Shown in pieces: positions 13,207 to 29,298 of a DNA stretch of 64,000 bases. Source of the stretch: Octopus vulgaris (taxonomy: Eukaryota). How positions within the stretch are numbered: position 1 is the first letter of the stretch; every line of letters starts with the position of its first letter. The notes below the pieces were generated by a model. It ran no database searches. It was not told the DNA's origin and saw nothing but the letters and a program-made list of their open reading frames with translations. Location: NCBI GenBank assembly GCA_951406725.2, contig OX597819.1:51398001-51462000 (forward strand), given 5' to 3'. The position numbers and the translations under genes were made by a program.

Positions 13207-15777
13207 TAGATACATACATACATACATAGATAGATAGATAGATAGATACATACATACATACATACATACATACATACATACATACATACATACATACATA
13301 CATACATACGTAGAAACACACACTATACATATATATGTTGCAACACACATAACATCTGTGAGAATGTGTGTGTGTGTATGTATGTATGTGTCTGTGTGCG
13401 TCTATGCGTGTGTATTTGTGTTCTTTAAGGGGCAAGCATTTTGTATATGTTTTGCATCTAAGCATTAGGATATCGTGTACGTTTGAATTATCCTACTTAG
13501 CCCCTGTTTCATGAAGGTGCAGTGCGTATAGGAACGAACTCTAATATGCTTATAGTTATATCTAGCTAAATGTAGATATTTCTCTGTTTTTGCTCGACAG
13601 TAGAGGTAATGGTGTAGTTAATTGACTTAAATATACACATTTACAAGGCTATCTCCGAGGTTATCATAAGAGTTTATGAGAGAATATGTCCGTAACGTAT
13701 CATTATGACAAGTTTCCGAACAGACAGGAAAAAGTGTTTGAATTCGACACTAGAAATACATATTGCCAGTGCATTAGTACTTCCCATTTGGAATATATCA
13801 TTCTACTTTGTTATAGGGGTGATATACTTCGATTCAGTTTCAATCCTTGGTCGTTGCTAACTATCTAATTTCTTTGATGTTGTTAATGTCCTTGTAAATT
13901 TGTGAACGTAACAATACCCTATTTGCTCTTTAGCGATCGATTTGAATATTCGTCCTGTTAACGACTATCTCTCGTGAAGATATATTTGTGGAGTCTATAA
14001 GACAGAAATATTTTGTTGCCATCTAAATTGACACAGCGTCTGTGTGTTTTAGGTAAATTAGATGTTGTGATGTTGATCCTTCGACGAATGGTGTCGTCAT
14101 TGAAACTGAAGTGATATGTCACGAAATTATCTATTAAACTATTGGGTGTTTCGTTTCTGGGCTGTTCAACTGTTGGAGGAACCTGTAATTTATTGATTGA
14201 AATTTGTTTTTAACATGTTTTGGCATCCTTATTTTTATTTTCGCTGTATCTGAAGAGGATCATTGCTGAGATCGAGAATAGTGACAAAAGAACTTTCTTG
14301 AACATGGCTGAGAGATTATTTGAACGAATGAATAATCAAACAATCAATTAGTATAGCTAATTGGTTAAATTGTTGACTAACTGACAAATGACAAATAAAA
14401 AAGAGTGAAATAGAACCAGTGCGTGTGTTTATTATTGGCATAATGAACCACCCTGGATGCAACGAAGCATGTTTCGACACAGGAATTCACACAAAGAATA
14501 TTGCAAATTAAATACAAAAATATTGCAAATTAAATACAAAAATGAAATATCACGCTGCAAGGGATGCCATTGTAGTTAAAGTCACTGGTAAAAAAAAAAA
14601 GAATATGCATATAGAAATATGACCTACGCCACATCGACTTTCAAGGAAAGCTAACTGGCGATAACCTTCGAAATATAGTAACTGACAAAACCTTGAGGAC
14701 CTGGAAATATTCTCTAAATTTATTTGTTATCAGGGTGAGAATAAGAAGCGCATTGTGATAGAATTTTATAACACTGGGGTGACATACATGACGTGAGAAA
14801 TTTCTACCCGACTGCCAAAGTCAAAATTATCTTCTTATCCTACTACCATAAGTCTTGCTAGAACAACAACAACAGCAGCAGCAGCAGCAACAGCCGGAGC
14901 AGTAGCAGCAGCAATATTACTCCACGAGGCTCCGGCGGGGTGGGGAGTGAACCCCGCTGTACTCTTTCACCACAACTTTCTCACACTCTTTCTTCCTACA
15001 TCTGCCACAAACCAGAGGAACCAAAGTGTAACTCACTATGGTGTGGTAAACTTTCAGACCCTAGTTTAGATTGCGAATCCTCTGTACCCCAGGATGGTTC
15101 AGCTCTCTACCCGTTAAAAGCCACCGGTTACGGAATGAGGATAACAACGTAGCTTTCGCGCCCGTGCAGCCGCCAGTCTATCGCGTTTTGGTGGGTGGAT
15201 CTTCAAGTTGCCACACGCATTCTTAGTAGCTTAGAGACGGCTCGAATTAGAGATTATTCTTTGTGGCTAATGGCGTGATAAGTAGTAGAAGAAGAAGAAG
15301 AAGAAGAAGAAGAAGAAGAAGAAGAAGAAGAAGAAGAAGAAGAAGAAGAAGAAGAAGAAGAAGAAGAAGAAGAAGAAGAAGAAACATTACCAGCAAGAAT
15401 AAAAACAGCAGCCACAACGTGACCAAAAAGCAATAATAGCTGTAAAATGGATCAGATGCACTAACACTACCGTTTCAACCTCAATATCCTTGTGGACATA
15501 ATAATCCTTTAAGTCCTGAAAACGTCCATCCATCAAAGGCCAAAGACGAGAGATGAAACAGACCCACGTCAAGCAACCATCTTGCACCACCATACTCACC
15601 ACTACCAACAACAATACACATAACTACCACTATCACCACCATCACCATCACTACTTCCCATCGCTACTACCACCACCACCACCACCATCACAACCTCCAT
15701 AACCACGACCCATGACCACCGCTACCACCCATCAACAGCAATGTCACCCACCATCATCACCACCACCACCACCACCA

Positions 15778-16378
15778 AGATCGACCCAAATGATTAACTG
15801 GTACTTATTTAATCGGCCCCAAAGTGTTGGAAGATAAAGCCGACCACGGCAGTATTCGAACTCAGAATATAGAACTGGAAGAAATGCCACTAAACATTTG
15901 GTCCGGCGTGCTAATGATTCTGCCAACTAGCAACCTTCTATTGTCTTAATGGTTTCAAATTCTGGCACAATACCAGCAATTTTAAAAGATGGTGTAAGTC
16001 GATTACATCAACCCCAGTGTTTAGGGGTACTTATTCAGTCGACCCCGAAAGTAATGAAGGCAAAGTCAACCTGGGTAGAATTTGAACTCAGAACGTTATG
16101 TGCCGGAAAAAAATGCCACTAAACATTTTGTCTGACTTATTAACCATTCCACAAGCTGGCCACCTTCCACTGTCTTAATAATGATTTCAAATTTAGGCAC
16201 AAAACCATGGGGGATGGCATCAGTCGATTAAATAGGCCCCAGTGCTCCACTGGTACTTATTTTATCGACCCCGAAATGATGAAAGGCAAAGTCAACCTCG
16301 CCAAATTTTGAATTCAGAATGTAAAGACGGACGAAATGCCGCTAAGCATTTTGTCCGGCATGTCAATAATTCTCCACT
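15778..16378 (-). mobile_element. Cluster of three old SINE family B copies
   Basis: Three successive degenerate family B cores. Further single copies at about 11915-12100 (-), 17735-17946 (-), 26030-26400 (+), 34510-34727 (+), 41009-41210 (+), 41941-42170 (+) and 44612-44845 (+). Confidence 0.8.
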
Positions 16379-18483
16379 TTTATAATAATGAAGAAAAGGA
16401 CACATCAGATAATGTAATCCTCAAAAGGTAATCTTAAAATGACGAGATGGCCACCCCGAGGAACATCTCTGACCATAGTTTAACTTGACCGGAGTTAATT
16501 TGGCTCTGACCGAAAAGAATGTAATTTTTTGAAAGTAAGAGATTTGTAGTTCAAATACTGATAACACGATTCAGTTTCTAACAACCTGGTTAATATTGAG
16601 TTTATAAATATACCATATATTTTATGCACGTATGTGTATATATATTTGTGTTTGGATTTATGCGGCTGTATATATTTGCATGTGAGTATACGTGTGTATA
16701 TGTGTGTGTGAGTAGGCGTATGTATATGCGTGTGTGTGCGTTTGCTGATGTAAGGATGAAGAAAATGTGTCTGTGCTTAAAGGTATGTAAAAGTGTGCAT
16801 ATATGTGTAACCACGAAGAAATATCTCAGTATTTATAGATATGTGAGTGTACGTAGCTATGTGCGTATGTATGTATGTATGTATCTGTGTGTCTGTGTAT
16901 GTGTAACTTTGAAGAAAATTTATGTGTTAGTATTTAGAGATGTGTGTGGAAGTATGTAAAGTATATGAAATATGTTCGTCTCTATCTGTAACCATGTGCG
17001 TGTGTGTACGGCAGAACTTGTATGCAGCTGTTCTCTACCCTCTACCTTATAAAGTCGCCATGATAAATTCCAATGCAAGTTGCAAATGCCAGTGATATAA
17101 AAGTTCAATGTTTGAGTTTCAATAGACGTAGATTTCGTGTAGTGTTGGTGGAAATCAGCTAATTAAGTCTGAAAGCTATTTACTGTCTGTGTTCGACAAA
17201 TGTGAATCTATCAATCTTTCTTCCGCTCTCATGCCTACTTCTTCTCTTCAACCAATTGCCAGTAACTAATAAAGGACTTTTTCAATTGCTTTACACATCG
17301 TATGCTCAGTTTTCAAACCTGGTCGCTTTAAAGATCTTCTAAAAACGTCTCCCTTGTGAATAACGATAGACATCAATTCCTATACTCAACCACAGCAAAT
17401 AAATGCACCACTAACAACATAGAAGTCAACAACACTAGCGACACCAGGATTGTTGACAACAGACTCTTACATACACATACATACAGTACCTAAGTGTGTG
17501 TGAACATAAACGAGTGTATGTATATATATATATATCTATATATTCGTATGTATGCATATACCCACACTCACAAATATACACGCACACACACACACACGCA
17601 GATATACGCTAATACTGGTAAATATACTTATCAAAACAGAAAGAAATTATTTTGTATTTAGCAGTCATAAGAATCTTATTTTATAGACGTGACGTCTTTC
17701 TTTCATTAAGATCTCCTTACGATAAATATTAGTTTCAAATCTTGGCACAAGGCCAGAGATTTTGAGGAAGAGTACTAGTCGATTACATCGACCTCGGTGT
17801 TCAACTGGTACTAAATTTATCGATCAATGAAAGGATGAAAAGCAAAGTCGATGTCAGCGGAATTTGAACCTGGGACTTGCAAACAGACGAAATACTGATA
17901 AGCATTTTGCTCGGCGTGCTAACGATTCTGCCAGCTCGCCGCCTTCCTTCGGATAAATATTAATGACATTGTTTTTTTCTTTGTTTTTATGTCACTGACC
18001 ATGAGACAAATTTTAGTACCTTAACTGTAAAATCCGACAGAAAACGGCGCCAGTTTGAATGTACTGGTACATTACATACGATGTTTATGTTGTTTAAATA
18101 TGAAATACGAATAAAGAACATATCAGAACCAAATACAGCGAAGCATTTCATTCCACCTCTACATTTTCTGCCAATTGTTCATTAAATTCTTTTAGTCTAA
18201 ATTTTCGATGTATTTTTAGGATTGCTCTGGAACGTCACCTCTTTAACGTCGTAACTATAGACACCGACCTGTAACAGAACATTATTAGCATCAATCTCAT
18301 TAGATTGAGAAGGTCTGCGAAGGCCATAAACTCTACTCCGTTTCTACACAAAACTAACTCTTCGATTTAAGGTTTTTCCTCAATTTTTTTAATAATAGGA
18401 TGAATTTATATTGACATTTTAAAAGGTGTATCCTTTAACTAGTTTTGATCATATCGTTATTTCTGTTCTATTTTAACAAAACA

Positions 18484-18519
18484 GTCCGACGAACGTGAAC
18501 GGGAAACTCTGAGTAACAG
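18484..18519 (+). ncRNA. Degenerate minimal hammerhead motif (CCGACGA core)
   Basis: gt-CCGACGA-a-cgtgaacg-g-GAAA-ctctgag-TA-acag. Stem I is partly disrupted. Confidence 0.45.
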
Positions 18520-18564
18520 CTTTTGTTATATTTCTGCTCCTTTTAAATAAAGTATATATATATA

Positions 18565-19075
18565 CTAGCAGTATTGCCCGGCTTTGCAAAATGGTCACAT
18601 TTAATTCAAAGCGTTAAAAATGTTATGAAAACAATTGGTATGTGTTCACAAAGTCCAAACGATTAATACGAAAAAACCCTCCAGGCTACATCCCGAAAGT
18701 TCATTTCTTTGCCGAATTTCTACAATGTTTACGGCGATTCGTTTTTATATCTTGATTTTTTAAATTTTTCATGCAATTTATGCATGCTTGCACGCGTGGT
18801 GAACACAGTTCACGTCAAACAGCTGACTGAGTAAAGCTCACTATTCAATGCATGGGATAAGGCCTAAACAAACACATTATCGATATTTGTACTTGCGAGA
18901 TGAATTTCGGAACAGAAATAGCACAGTTCAGTTTCCATTCGCCTAAACTTTAAGTGCCCCATTTTTGGTGGTTCTGCGTTTTGTTGGCTAGGAGGAGATG
19001 TGCCGGCAAGTTAAACACACAGACACACACACAGATACACACACAGACACACAAGTTGAGTTTTATATATATGGA
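18565..19075 (-). mobile_element. Non-autonomous Helitron-like (Lep1-type) element
   Basis: Minus strand reads A^TC...CTAG^T. GC-rich subterminal segment (GCCCGGCTTTGC) lies beside CTAG and a (CA)n tract lies near the 5' end. Confidence 0.65.
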
Positions 19076-19110
19076 TATATATATATGTATATGTATGTAT
19101 GTATGTATGC

Positions 19111-19175
<65 letters not shown>

Positions 19176-19445
19176 TGTGTGTGTGTGAGTGTTTTATTCA
19201 TGTCGAATCATGTATAAAAACAATTTAGCAGCAATCTGTTAACGAGAGTACATATTTATTAGAATTTACAATTCAAGGCTGTTGCTTCGTCTTCTTTACC
19301 GTAATGACACTGTCTGAAGAGGATGACCAAAGTGAGGCTTCGAAATCACTTTCAGAATTTTCCTTGTATGACTTAATATATATCCCTGCTTGTGTCGTGA
19401 GGTTGTATTATAGTTACGTACGTATATACGCTCATATGCAAACGC

Positions 19446-19535
<90 letters not shown>

Positions 19536-20321
19536 TATATTTATCAAATGGCTGTACGAATGGAAAGAGAAGAAAAATGGACAGTGAAGTTTCGACCATT
19601 CAAGAACAGAATCTAAATATATGAAGTTTTGTGTGCGTGCAGTTACATGCTTAAGTGTGCGTGCGAGTGCTTATGCTAATGTGTTCGTGTGCGTGCGTTC
19701 GCGTGTGTATATGTGTATGTGTGTGTATGCAGATGCCTGAGAGACTTAGGGTGTGTGTGCGAGCAAACGCTTCCAACGTTATGTGTGCGAACGTGTTCGC
19801 GCATGCACAATATTAACTTCATTGAATTTGAAAAAGTAGCTGGATGCACCATCTATTTGCACAAAAGCATATTATCATGTGGTCAGAAAGAGCTGCTTGC
19901 ATTCAGTCTACTCTCATTGATTCTAAAGTGGATACTTTCCAATAACAGGAAACGCTGAAGATTATCAGATCTTACTAAAGGCTAAACGGACTTCGATACG
20001 TACATATCAGTGTGTGTCTATGATACGCACATATTAGTGTGTGTCTAAGATACGTACTTATCAATGTGTGTCTACGAGTGTGTGTTAGTACGTGTGTTTA
20101 TGTGTATTCCTGTCAGTGTGTGTGTGTAACTATATATATATATATATATATATACTAAGAGAGATACACATACCAATCTCCCTCTATCGCTCTCTTTGTG
20201 TATATATATAGATATATATATATATATGTAAGTATCTATATACATATATATGTGGCATATTTGTACATATCTATGTGTATATGGATACATATTTATGTAC
20301 ATATGCATATACACACAAGTA

Positions 20322-20352
<31 letters not shown>

Positions 20353-20448
20353 GCAGAGAGACAGACAAGAGAAATATATGTATACGTGTATATGTATACG
20401 TGTATACGTATACATGCATGTACATATGAAATGAGTTGGTGAAGGATA

Positions 20449-20501
<53 letters not shown>

Positions 20502-20976
20502 TACATATTCACACATACTAACATAAATATATTCAAGATTAGGCTAATAGAGTCAATGACAGTCCATCGTTTGAAATTTGTGTATGAGTGTGTTGTGCAT
20601 GCGTCGGATTGTTTCTGTCCTTGCATATTTGTGCGTTTATGGTTCATGTACGTGTGCATGAGACTGTTTGTATGAGTGCGCGTTCCTAGCGATACGTTTT
20701 CCGGTGCTATAGAAGAAGATGTGTCCACCATCAACACTCACGAAACCTGCTATATGCTATAATACACTTGAATGTAGAAGAATATGTAGCAAAGATTTGT
20801 TATCTGCTTTCTATACTAAGTTGAATGCAAGAGTTGATCTTGGCTAAATATCCATGCAAGTACTGATATCAGCGATATACTTACATTAACACTTCTTTGT
20901 AAATATATAACTGAATGTATATGTGTGCATGTGGGGGCGAGAGTGTGTGTGTGTTTGTCTGTATTTATATATATAT

Positions 20977-21049
<73 letters not shown>

Positions 21050-21326
21050 CATTATTATTTGAGGGAATATTAATCCTAACTTACAGGGGAAAATTCAATT
21101 TAGAAATACGAAATCAAATTTCACACAATATAATATATATATATATATATAAATTAGAAAATTATTATTGTTATTTTAATTTTAATATTTCTATTATATG
21201 TAATTTTCTAGATGGTGTAATCTAATTGTTCATTTTGAATTGATAAAAGGTATTTTTTTCTAATTTATATATATACGTATACATACAAAGTTACACTGTA
21301 TGTATACATATATACATTCATTTTAT

Positions 21327-21357
<31 letters not shown>

Positions 21358-21488
21358 CACTCATACAAACACGCACTCACACACACACAAACACACACAC
21401 ACGCATATATATATGTATAGATAAGAATTTTTTGCGTAATGAGATACGAATACCAAGGCTGAGTAGATTTTAGAACATTTATAGATAG

Positions 21489-21536
21489 GTCTTACAGCTG
21501 TTTCCAGGATATTAATCATATCCCTTCATCGGAGAC
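21489..21536 (-). ncRNA. Minimal type-I hammerhead motif (CCGATGA core)
   Basis: Minus strand: gtct-CCGATGA-ag-ggatat gatta atatcc-tg-GAAA-cagctg-TA-agac. Stem III is the palindrome ACAGCTGT. Confidence 0.7.
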
Positions 21537-21786
21537 GGTGTGAGAGGATGGTTAAGTAATAATTAATTTAGATTGGATACAAAATGGAGAGTGAGGTGGA
21601 GGAGAGAAAACAGATGTGAGATATGTAGGGATATTGAATTTGTAGATCCATTTTTTAGGCAGAATGGTATATATGTAAGATTCCAATACCTTATGAGAAA
21701 AATCCAACAGCATTTAGAATTGTTCATTCTAAATATAGAATTTATACACAATGTAAGATTCCAATACCTTATAAGTAAGATCCAAC

Positions 21787-21930
<144 letters not shown>

Positions 21931-22066
21931 CATACTCTGGGTATGGATGATGAGCTCAGCAAAAATTTATTTACATTCAGATGAATATGGTACTTAAGTT
22001 GAGGCACCAGAATTTAGTACGGTATTATCCATACAATTTCAAAGTAAGGTGATTAAAATCAAAAGA

Positions 22067-22349
22067 AGCAACAATGATATCCAGAGGTAATGCAGTACGA
22101 TCGTTTCGTGCAACTCCATTTAATTCAACAATGCAATCATTGCATCAATTTAAAATGAAGAGCAATCTTCAGCTGCAGAAAGACATAGAATTTAATTATA
22201 TTAGAATAGATGGACACATTAGTATGATTATACCTTTGTGCAGCTTAAGATTGTTCTGCATTTTAAATTGATGTAATGATTGCATTGTTCAATTAAATGG
22301 AGTTGCATGAAACGATCGTACTGCATTACCTCTGGATATCCTTGTTGCT
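22067..22349. repeat. Fold-back inverted repeat (arms ~22067-22182 and ~22234-22349) with a hammerhead motif in each arm
   Basis: AGCAACAATGATATCCAGAGGTAATGCAGTACGATCGTTTC... is the reverse complement of ...GAAACGATCGTACTGCATTACCTCTGGATATCCTTGTTGCT. Confidence 0.9.
22091..22177 (-). ncRNA. Type-I hammerhead motif with long stem II
   Basis: Minus strand: tgcag-CTGAAGA-ttgc..(~50 nt)..gcac-GAAA-cgatcg-TA-ctgca. The mirror copy at 22239-22325 (+) has the core mutated to CTTAAGA. Confidence 0.75.
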
Positions 22350-22355
22350 AATTTC

Positions 22356-22411
<56 letters not shown>

Positions 22412-22599
22412 GATGTGTGTTTGGGTGTGTTTAGAGAAATAGATACATACATATAGTTAGAAACACTCACGATGTTTTGACGAAATCAAATGTGGCTTGT
22501 GAGATTCATGTGTCTAAATCACTGCATATCACATATATATGTCTCTACATATACCTTATAACTCAGCGCGTGCTTATATATATATATTCGTTTATTCTT

Positions 22600-22868
22600 T
22601 AACTCTTTTATTCTTTTATTTGTTTCAGTCATTTGACTGCGGTCATGCAGTCAAATCACTGTCTTTAGTCGAACAAATCGACCTCAGGACTTATTCTCTG
22701 TAAGCATAGTTCCTATTCTATCGGTCTATTATACCGAACTGTTAGGTTACAGAGATGTAAACACACCAGCATCGGTTGTCAAGCGATGGTGGAGGACAAA
22801 CACATACACACACACACAACTACACCCACATACACACACAAACACACACACACACACACATACACACA

Positions 22869-22928
<60 letters not shown>

Positions 22929-23074
22929 GACAGGCTTCTTTCAGTTTTTGTCTACCAAATCTACTTACAAGGTTTTGGTCGGCCCGAGGCTATAGTAGAA
23001 GACACTTGCCAAAACTCAACCGGTGTCATGTGATTGGTAAGCAAGCTACTTACCGCACAGCCACTCCTGCGCCT
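22600..23074 (-). mobile_element. SINE family A
   Basis: Head CACAGCCACTCCTGCGCCT at the right end, tail TTTCAGTCATTTGACTGCGG at the left, internal CA/TA microsatellite. Confidence 0.85.
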
Positions 23075-23221
23075 CCACACAGCTCTGTTTTTATGAGTTA
23101 CTATTAATTTCATGTGCGGAGAGCATGCTAGACAGTTTTTTTAAACACATCCGGAGTATATTGTTTTTATTAATTAATAATTATCTCTTACCAAAAAGAT
23201 ATATATACATTTGTGTGTGTC

Positions 23222-23289
<68 letters not shown>

Positions 23290-23390
23290 CATATACATAC
23301 ATACATATGTGTGTGTATATATATATATGTATAAAGACAAACACACAGACACACAAACATACATATATATATATATACACATATATTGAA

Positions 23391-23435
<45 letters not shown>

Positions 23436-23860
23436 CAGACTTAGAAATACACCATTTGTATTCTTGCATGCCTATATATATTCATAACTTCATACACAGA
23501 TAGACCAACACATGCACTATATTAGTGATTTATAGATTGACACCGTACGAAGCTATTTACTGAATTATACGATACAGTGGCGGTCAGAAATATCGTAATT
23601 CTCATACACGTTACACAAAGTGGTAGCTACTTCGTTGGCAAAGAAAGGAAACGCAGCTGCCTTTTGATTTTAGATGAGTTTGTTCTTTTCAATATTCCTC
23701 AATGTTCGTTTGCTACGTACTCGGATGTGGCTGAATAAATACCTATTTTCCCTTCGAAATTCACTTAATCTATCCTAAATCAATCTCTCGAATAATTTTG
23801 TTAATCATAAGGAAGTCATTTCAGAAGTCTTCTTCCTTCTGATATATATTTATATATATG

Positions 23861-23892
<32 letters not shown>

Positions 23893-24303
23893 TGTATGTA
23901 TGTATGTATGTATGTATGTATGTATGTATTGGAGATAGCCTGAATTCTTTATTGTTACGATACGGAAGTGACGTCAATTACTCTGCCTGTTTCTTAATCA
24001 ATGACATATCACGATCAATACCCTCTCTTAAGGTAATCGTTTGGAGTTGAAATATTCAAAGACCTTTTGCGAGGAACGCAGTGTATATTTCAAACTGTTC
24101 GTTTTGCCATTAAGACCTCGGCTTTCAAAAGGGGGACAGGGTTGGGGATGTCTAAAGCTAAAGATGTGGTCAATTTGCATTTAACAATCTGCCATAAAAT
24201 TCAAAGCAATCTTAATGCTTAGCTGCCAACATCAAAAGCACTGATCTTACAATGATCACCACTATCTCATTTATCACTTATGTTGCAGTGCAAGCATACA
24301 TTC

Positions 24304-24356
<53 letters not shown>

Positions 24357-24407
24357 TACACGAACACATAGAATAGAATAAAATAGAATAGAATAGAATA
24401 GATAGGC

Positions 24408-24486
<79 letters not shown>

Positions 24487-24553
24487 AATGCATATATATA
24501 TGAATATTTATATCCACACAGTTTCAGCATACATTTATAAGAGTGTTTGTATG

Positions 24554-24585
<32 letters not shown>

Positions 24586-24863
24586 TGTATGTATGTATGT
24601 ATGTATGTATGTATGTATGTATGTATGGATGGATGGATGGATGGATGTATAAATATATGTATTCATGTATATACACATATATACATATATACACATATGC
24701 ACACGCACATAAACTGATATAATTGCTTATATATATATATGCATGAATGCATACACATGTATGTATTTATATTTACATATACGTCTATACAAATATAAAT
24801 ACACACATACATACTACGTATTCTAAGGGCACGTATAATGTGTGAGGGAATCTATCAATGTAT

Positions 24864-24916
<53 letters not shown>

Positions 24917-25484
24917 TGTGTGTATCTGAATATAATTACCCGTACATGTACATACATACAGATGTATATACATACCTACATATATATATGTGCGCATTAT
25001 TTCTTATAAAATCCTGAATCCTCAAAACTGAATAAGGAATAAGAAATGGAGACCTGTTGACGTCGGAAACGAAAACAGAAATGATTCCCTCTGGGGATTA
25101 TAAAACAAAATGCGATACTTTCCCCATTTTCCAAGCGAGGCACCTCACCGACCTCCAAACCTAAACAGCGTTCACCTTTGATAGCGATCGGGTACAGTCT
25201 CCTATTACATAAATCACAGAACGTTCCCGGTCCACCACCGAGTGATGGATTAGATTTCAGTGTGCTAAATTAATCGCTAATGGCCTTGCTACCACAATAA
25301 TATATAAAGACTGCATACGGAGAAAGTGCTGGCAGTTTGTCAATGAGTGGGTTTATAGATTCTGAAATATTAAATATCCAATACTGTATTTTCTATGACG
25401 ATAGCTTACCAAAATATATCTTTTATCAGAAAATGGATATATACAGTAAAAATAACAAGAATAAAGAATTATTATTATTATTAT

Positions 25485-25522
<38 letters not shown>

Positions 25523-25532
25523 TTCGTTAGTC

Positions 25533-25665
<133 letters not shown>

Positions 25666-26449
25666 CGACATATTTGCTTGAACTTTTGAACAAGCGAAGG
25701 CCAATACGTCGAATATAGCCAATAAAATAGGATTGTTTCATAAAATATGTATGTTTTCCTATATGCATTGTTTGTATGTATGTAGGTTACGTCTGCTTTT
25801 TTATTCTTTGTATTTCTTTTCCTATAAATAAGTCTGATATGTAACTAAAAAAACAAAGAAGTACCATAAATGGACTTTTATACAACAATGAATAGCAACG
25901 TATTGAAAAATCTTCCTTATTTTTATTGATCTGCTGACAAAATAAATTTGCAGATTATGTATTAAATGGTCATATTATTTGTCTGAAAAAGGCAACAGAC
26001 TGACAGAATCGAAAGAGTCAGACTGAATGTCTTGCAGTATGTGTCCCGAGTCTTTATGTTCTGAGTTCAATTGCCACCGACGTCGACTTTGTCGTTCATC
26101 CTCTCGATTACGATAAAATAAATATGCTGAGCACTGGGGTCGATTGAATTGACCAACCTCCTCATCTAAAATTGCTGACATTGTGCCAAAATGTGAAAAC
26201 ATATTTCTCCAAAACAGGTGGAGAGCTGACAAAATCGCTAGTTTCGAACAAACTGTTTTAACGTATTTATTCTGAGTTTTCACGATTTGAGTTCAAATTC
26301 AGCCGACGACATCTTTGCCTTATAACCCTCCGGGGCCAATAAAATGAGATACTAGTCAGTCTTAACTTCCCTCTGGACTTGTGTCAAAATCGAAAACAGT
26401 TATTTCTCTCATAATGTTCAGCTTTCCCAGGAAAATACTTAAATATCTG

Positions 26450-26940
26450 TTGTGACCCCCTTTGGTTATGAATGACCATGGGATTACACCTAGAAAATTA
26501 CCCTCCGAGGCACAAATCTGGGCAAGGTTGCCTATGGAAGACCAGCAGTCGCCTATGCATACCAGCCTCCACGCCACTGATATTATCCAAGGGAAAGGCA
26601 AAGGCTGATACAGCTTGGCACCAGTGACGTCGCAGCTCATTTATTAACGTGCAAGTGGCTGACCACTCCACAGACACGTGTACCCTTAAAGTAATTCTCG
26701 GGGAGAATCGGCGTGACACAGAGTGTGAGAAGGCTTGCCCCTTGAAATACAGGTACAACAGAAACAGGAAGAAAGAGTGAGAGAAAGTTGTGGTGAAAGA
26801 GTACAGCAGGGTTCACCACCACCCCCTGCCAGAGGCTCGTGGAGCTTTAGGTGTCTTCGCTCAAAAACACTCACAACGACCTGTCTGGGAATCGAAACCA
26901 CGAGTCCGCTGCCCTAACCACTGGGCCATTGCACCTCCAC
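26450..26940 (-). mobile_element. SINE family C, long copy
   Basis: Head GTGGAGGTGCAATGGCCCAGTGGTTAGGGCAGCGGACTCG. Body is shared with the copies at 14920, 36660 and 37045. Confidence 0.8.
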
Positions 26941-27419
26941 ACTTAAATATTTGCTAACATCTTATCTAGACAGAGAAGGGTAAGTTTCTAAGCAGTTGTC
27001 CATAAATGTTTTTTTCCTTTATAATTTCCAGTGGAATGTTCACATCTGCTCGGCAGCTGATAACCACAACAGTATATGTGCGTACATGATGATGTGTATG
27101 TATTATATATTGGCTTGATTTTTGACTTTCGCACCAATACAGAAACACCAAGTCACCGATTCCGAAAATTGTACTTTTATTGGATTTTAACCTAGGACAA
27201 TAATGTAGTAAGGGAAATACATATGTACACAAGTATGTCCATACGTATATATGAATATGTATGCATATATGCATGTAAATATGCGTTTTGAATTTATTAT
27301 GTACATATGGGTGTGTTTGTGTGTTTGTGTGCGTGTGTTTGTGTCAGTGTAGTGTGCGTGCGTGGAATGTGTAAACATTCATATACATATATGTGTGTGT
27401 GTATCATTATTATTATTAT

Positions 27420-27541
<122 letters not shown>

Positions 27542-27769
27542 TTTCTAAATCTCTCATAGAGAGAGACCTTCGGTGGCAGTTGTTTACAGTAGATACTATT
27601 TGCCAACATAATGTGGTTGTCCTGAAAGGGACGATGTTACTGCTTACATATATATATATATATATATCATATAGAGGACACTATTACACATAGATGCCTC
27701 ACGCTACGAGGGACTCTTAAAGTCAAAACTACGAAACAATTCTCGAATCAGGTCATTTAAAAACAGAAT

Positions 27770-28602
<833 letters not shown>

Positions 28603-28603
28603 A

Positions 28604-29005
28604 AAGGCGCAGGAGTGGCTGTGTGGTAAGTAGCTTGTTTACCAATCACATGGTTCCGAGTTCAGTCCCACTGCGTGGCACCTTGGGCAAGTGTCTTCTA
28701 CTATAGCCTCGGGCCGACCGAAGCCTTGTGAGTGGATTTGGTAGACGGAAACTGAAAGAAGCCCGTCGTATATATGTATATACATATATATATGCGTGTG
28801 TGTGTTTGTGTCTGTGTTTGTCCCCCTAGCATTGTTTGACAACCGGTGCTGGTATGTTTATGTCCCCGTTACTTAGCGGTTCGGCAAAAAAGACCGATAG
28901 AATAAGTACTGGGCTTACAAAGAATAAGTCCCGGGGTCGATTTGCTCGACCAAAGGCGGTGCTCCAACATGGCCGCAGAAAAATAACTGAAACAAGTAAA
29001 TAAAA
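28604..29005 (+). mobile_element. SINE family A, near full length (tRNA head, CORE-like CCTTGGGCAAGT, internal microsatellite)
   Basis: AGGCGCAGGAGTGGCTGTGTGGTAAG (A-box), GAGTTCAGTCCC (B-box-like), tail GGCGGTGCTCCAACATGGCCGCAG..CTGAAACAAGTAAA. Confidence 0.9.
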
Positions 29006-29008
29006 AAT

Positions 29009-29050
<42 letters not shown>

Positions 29051-29155
29051 ATATATATATGTACATATATGCATACATATACCTACATTCATATATCGAT
29101 ACATATGTATCAATATATTTGGTTATTGTGATGCTAAGAGAATGCTTAGCGTAAG

Positions 29156-29206
<51 letters not shown>

Positions 29207-29298
29207 ATCCAAACAAGAAAACAGAAAAAAAACACAGCAACGCGAGGACGTGGAACTATTAAAGTATTATTTGACGCTCAGGAAAGAAGGGAAGGAGG

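Noticed and set aside
14245-19360. CTGAAGA motifs near 14250 and 19314 with partial stems
   Set aside because: GAAA is altered or stems I and III do not pair; too degenerate to call.
19949-20075. Possible exon after AG near 19948 and a 27-bp triple repeat at 19995-20075
   Set aside because: The donor is weak and lies inside the tandem repeat; the repeat itself is an ordinary minisatellite.
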